DNA of 38,336 nt from Intoshia linei (lineage: Eukaryota > Animalia > Orthonectida): assembly GCA_001642005.1 (NCBI GenBank), contig LWCA01000229.1, positions 1-38,336 on the forward strand. The letters are read 5' to 3'. Positions 36,001 to 38,336 of this stretch are shown piece by piece. Every line of letters starts with the position of its first letter. The first letter of the stretch is position 1. The translations under genes were made by a program, and so were the position numbers. The notes under the pieces were generated by a model. The model was not told the origin of the DNA. It did no database searches and worked only from the letters and a program-made list of their open reading frames with translations.

Positions 36001-37792
36001 TCCTCAGTTTGCTTTTATATCGATAATTCTTCTATTATTTCTGGTTCCAGTGATGGAGTTGTTAGAATTTGGGACTTGCGTACTTCGAAATTGTTACAAC
36101 AATACAATGGTAAATATTTTATATTTATTACATAAAGTAGAAAATTTAATTGAATAACAGTAGATTTACAACTTTCAAAAATGGCAATATAATTAATTTG
36201 ATAATGTAAATTTTAAATTATCAAATTTATTCCCACAGTAAATTAACTGGTTTTTATTTTATGCATTTAACCGATTAATATTTAGTGGGTAATTAAATTT
36301 CGTTTTTTTGACCACTACTTTGTGTTTCTTATTTTGAAAATTAAGGTATATTTAGCTCATTTATCACCAATTAATTCAATCTCATTACATTCGTCTGGTA
36401 ACTACTTGCTAACAGCTAGCGATGATGCATGTTTGAAAATTTTGGATTTATTGGAAGGCAGATCCATTTATACGCTTAGAGGGCACAAGTCTTCAATACG
36501 AGCTGCTGTTTTTAAAAGTCAAGGTGATGAGTTTGCTTCCGCCGGAGATGATAATGAGGTGATATTTCATAAATTGATTATGTAATTATATTTTGGATAG
36601 ATATTTGTTTGGAAAACAAATTTTACTAAAAATAAAACCAATTATCAAATTTCCAATTTAAAAAGCAACATTCAGGATAAATCATTAAAAAACCTTGCAG
36701 AGAAAAATCACACAAAAGAGAAAGAAAAAGATTTTCCTCCTTGTACAGAAGATGATATCGAAGTTATGGAGAAAATCATTATAAATGATACGTATAAAGC
36801 ACCAAAATCTTTAAATATTGAAAACGGTTATCATATTCCTATGAACAATTCAATTTATAAAACTAATTCTTCAAATGTACTTGATTCAAACAGAATATTT
36901 AATGAACTTTGTTGTATTAAAGAAATTCATTCTAGGGAAATAAGTGAACTTACCAAGTCAGTAACTGATTCGCTCCAGCATATTGCTACTCAGGTTGATA
37001 TTTTAGCTGAGGTAATTTAATGATTTTTTTTGCCGGAATTCATAATTATAATTGAGAAATGTACATTGTACATAAATTATAACTGACAAACATAATTAAT
37101 TAATTAAGTATGTTACATTTTATTTTGAAGTGCTAGTACAATGTAATTGAATCAATTCATATTTAGATTCAAATGTACTAAAGTACTCACCCGTAGAATT
37201 TACACATTTATAAGTTACGTTTTGTATATATAGAAATATGTCCAAAATTAATATACTGAAAAAGTATGAAGTTTACCATAAGTTTTAACGAAAATTTACA
37301 AAATAATAGTTGTGTAGCTTTCAAAAAAAATTGCAAAATTTGAAAAATAATAATTAATTAGTTTTTCCTCAATGTTCATTCGAAACATCAACGTAACTTA
37401 TAGCGAGGGATTACTGTATAAGTTATATATTGTCAACTTTTATCTGGTTTTAGTTAATTATAATGAACTAATTGTAATGTAATTATCAAATAATAAATTA
37501 CAAAACGTATTGACGATTTAAGTTATTAGCTATACAGTATAGCCGAGCTTTGTGTAAACCTCTGTTATCGTAACTGACATAGACCACCCTTTTTGGGTTT
37601 TTTTAAAAAGTAGGTAGCCAAAACGGAGATGTATAATGTATTATTTATAATGACAACAAGATATTTAGATTTTACTTCTTTATTCAATTATTATACTTAT
37701 ATTTTATATTAATATTTTAGACAGTTTCAATTATTGAACAAAGATTAACAAGCGTGGAAGATACCGTTCATTCTCAATATGAAAAAAATTAA
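33013..37792 (+). CDS. POC1: POC1 centriolar WD40 protein; last exon 37721-37792
   Basis: DPCLFQQFKGH...QLASGSLDKCVMLW...SYRYVGH, HLNWVRCAVFS, SGNYLLTASDDACLKILDLLEGR and WKTNF. The C-terminal coiled coil is LQHIATQVDILAE^TVSIIEQRLTSVED. Confidence 0.96.
34494..35659. mobile_element. Long-TIR foldback-like DNA element in POC1 intron 4
   Basis: About 200-bp inverted repeats (34494-34697 and 35447-35659) beginning CAGA.TTGCCAGATATAAAGTTAAATTCTTC. Flanks are GTCTGGTC / GTCTGGCT. Confidence 0.85.
34750..35145 (-). repeat. R1 copy F inserted inside the foldback element
   Basis: TTGACCGTGAAGTCGTCACTTATTCGG...TTTTGACCCGTAAGA...TTCTAAGACGGGTAGTTATT is shared with copies D and E. Confidence 0.88.
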
Positions 37793-38091
37793 ACTTAATA
37801 TAACCAAAATTTTGATAAATAAATATATTTTTTCATACTTTATAGATCTACAACCATATATGAAGCATAGTTTCTCAAACTAAACAACGAGACAATGCAG
37901 AACTTGTCATGGGTCGAGAATCGCGAATACAAAAAGTCAAACAACGAAAAAATATGAAATATAATGTACTAATTAAATTTACACTGAAATAAATGCTAAT
38001 TCTTTCAGAAACTATATTAGGTTTCAAACTGATCAGTTAAAATTATCAATTGATTCATGACTTCAAGATGACGATCATTTAAGATATAGAC

Positions 38092-38336
38092 CAGGGCTTC
38101 CCAAACTCATTTTCTCTACCGCCCCTTAAAAAATTTCACTACGTCGTATATATTTAAAAATTTATTCAATAAATAACCCATTTTTTTTGGTTCAACTCAC
38201 ATTATGTCCCAAGTCTAAATTAATTAAAAAATGATATATTTATTGTCGTGTCGTGTTATATATATGTAAACTATGAAACATAATTTAGAAAAATATACAA
38301 TAAAGTTCATGATTATCATATTTAATCAACTTTTCA
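38092..38336 (+). mobile_element. Left end of a hAT-type MITE running off the window
   Basis: CAGGGCTTCCCAAACT followed by CCGCCCC, in an NNNTANNN-type target context. Confidence 0.5.

Noticed and set aside
6150-37792. Non-standard genetic code or stop-codon readthrough
   Set aside because: All recognised genes translate cleanly with the standard code once short introns are removed.

Overview
Very AT-rich animal nuclear DNA with compact genes and many 33-54 nt spliceosomal introns. This is compatible with a reduced parasitic invertebrate genome such as an orthonectid or dicyemid; the taxon is an inference. Splicing by hand recovers these genes: a divergent Mon1 (+), a minimal TFIIIC subunit 6 (+), three tandem CD225/dispanin (IFITM-superfamily) related genes (-), calcineurin B (+), calreticulin (-) head-to-head with V-ATPase subunit D (+), two tandem Otx-like K50 homeobox genes (+) and POC1 (+). 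A poorly resolved gene-like region lies at the window start. Larger introns and intergenic DNA are filled with DNA-transposon relics: Chapaev3, hAT MITEs (including a triple nest), mariner, Tc1, a pogo-like MITE, a long-TIR foldback and an unclassified dispersed repeat. Highlights are (1) a diversified dispanin triplet with canonical, Cys-less and core-deleted members, (2) a perfect ERSE plus a UPRE-like site in the calreticulin/V-ATPase D bidirectional promoter, (3) shared K50 sites upstream of both Otx paralogs, and (4) micro-intron splicing rules, including a 34-nt intron inflated by a Chapaev3 insertion. All gene models are manual and lack transcript support.
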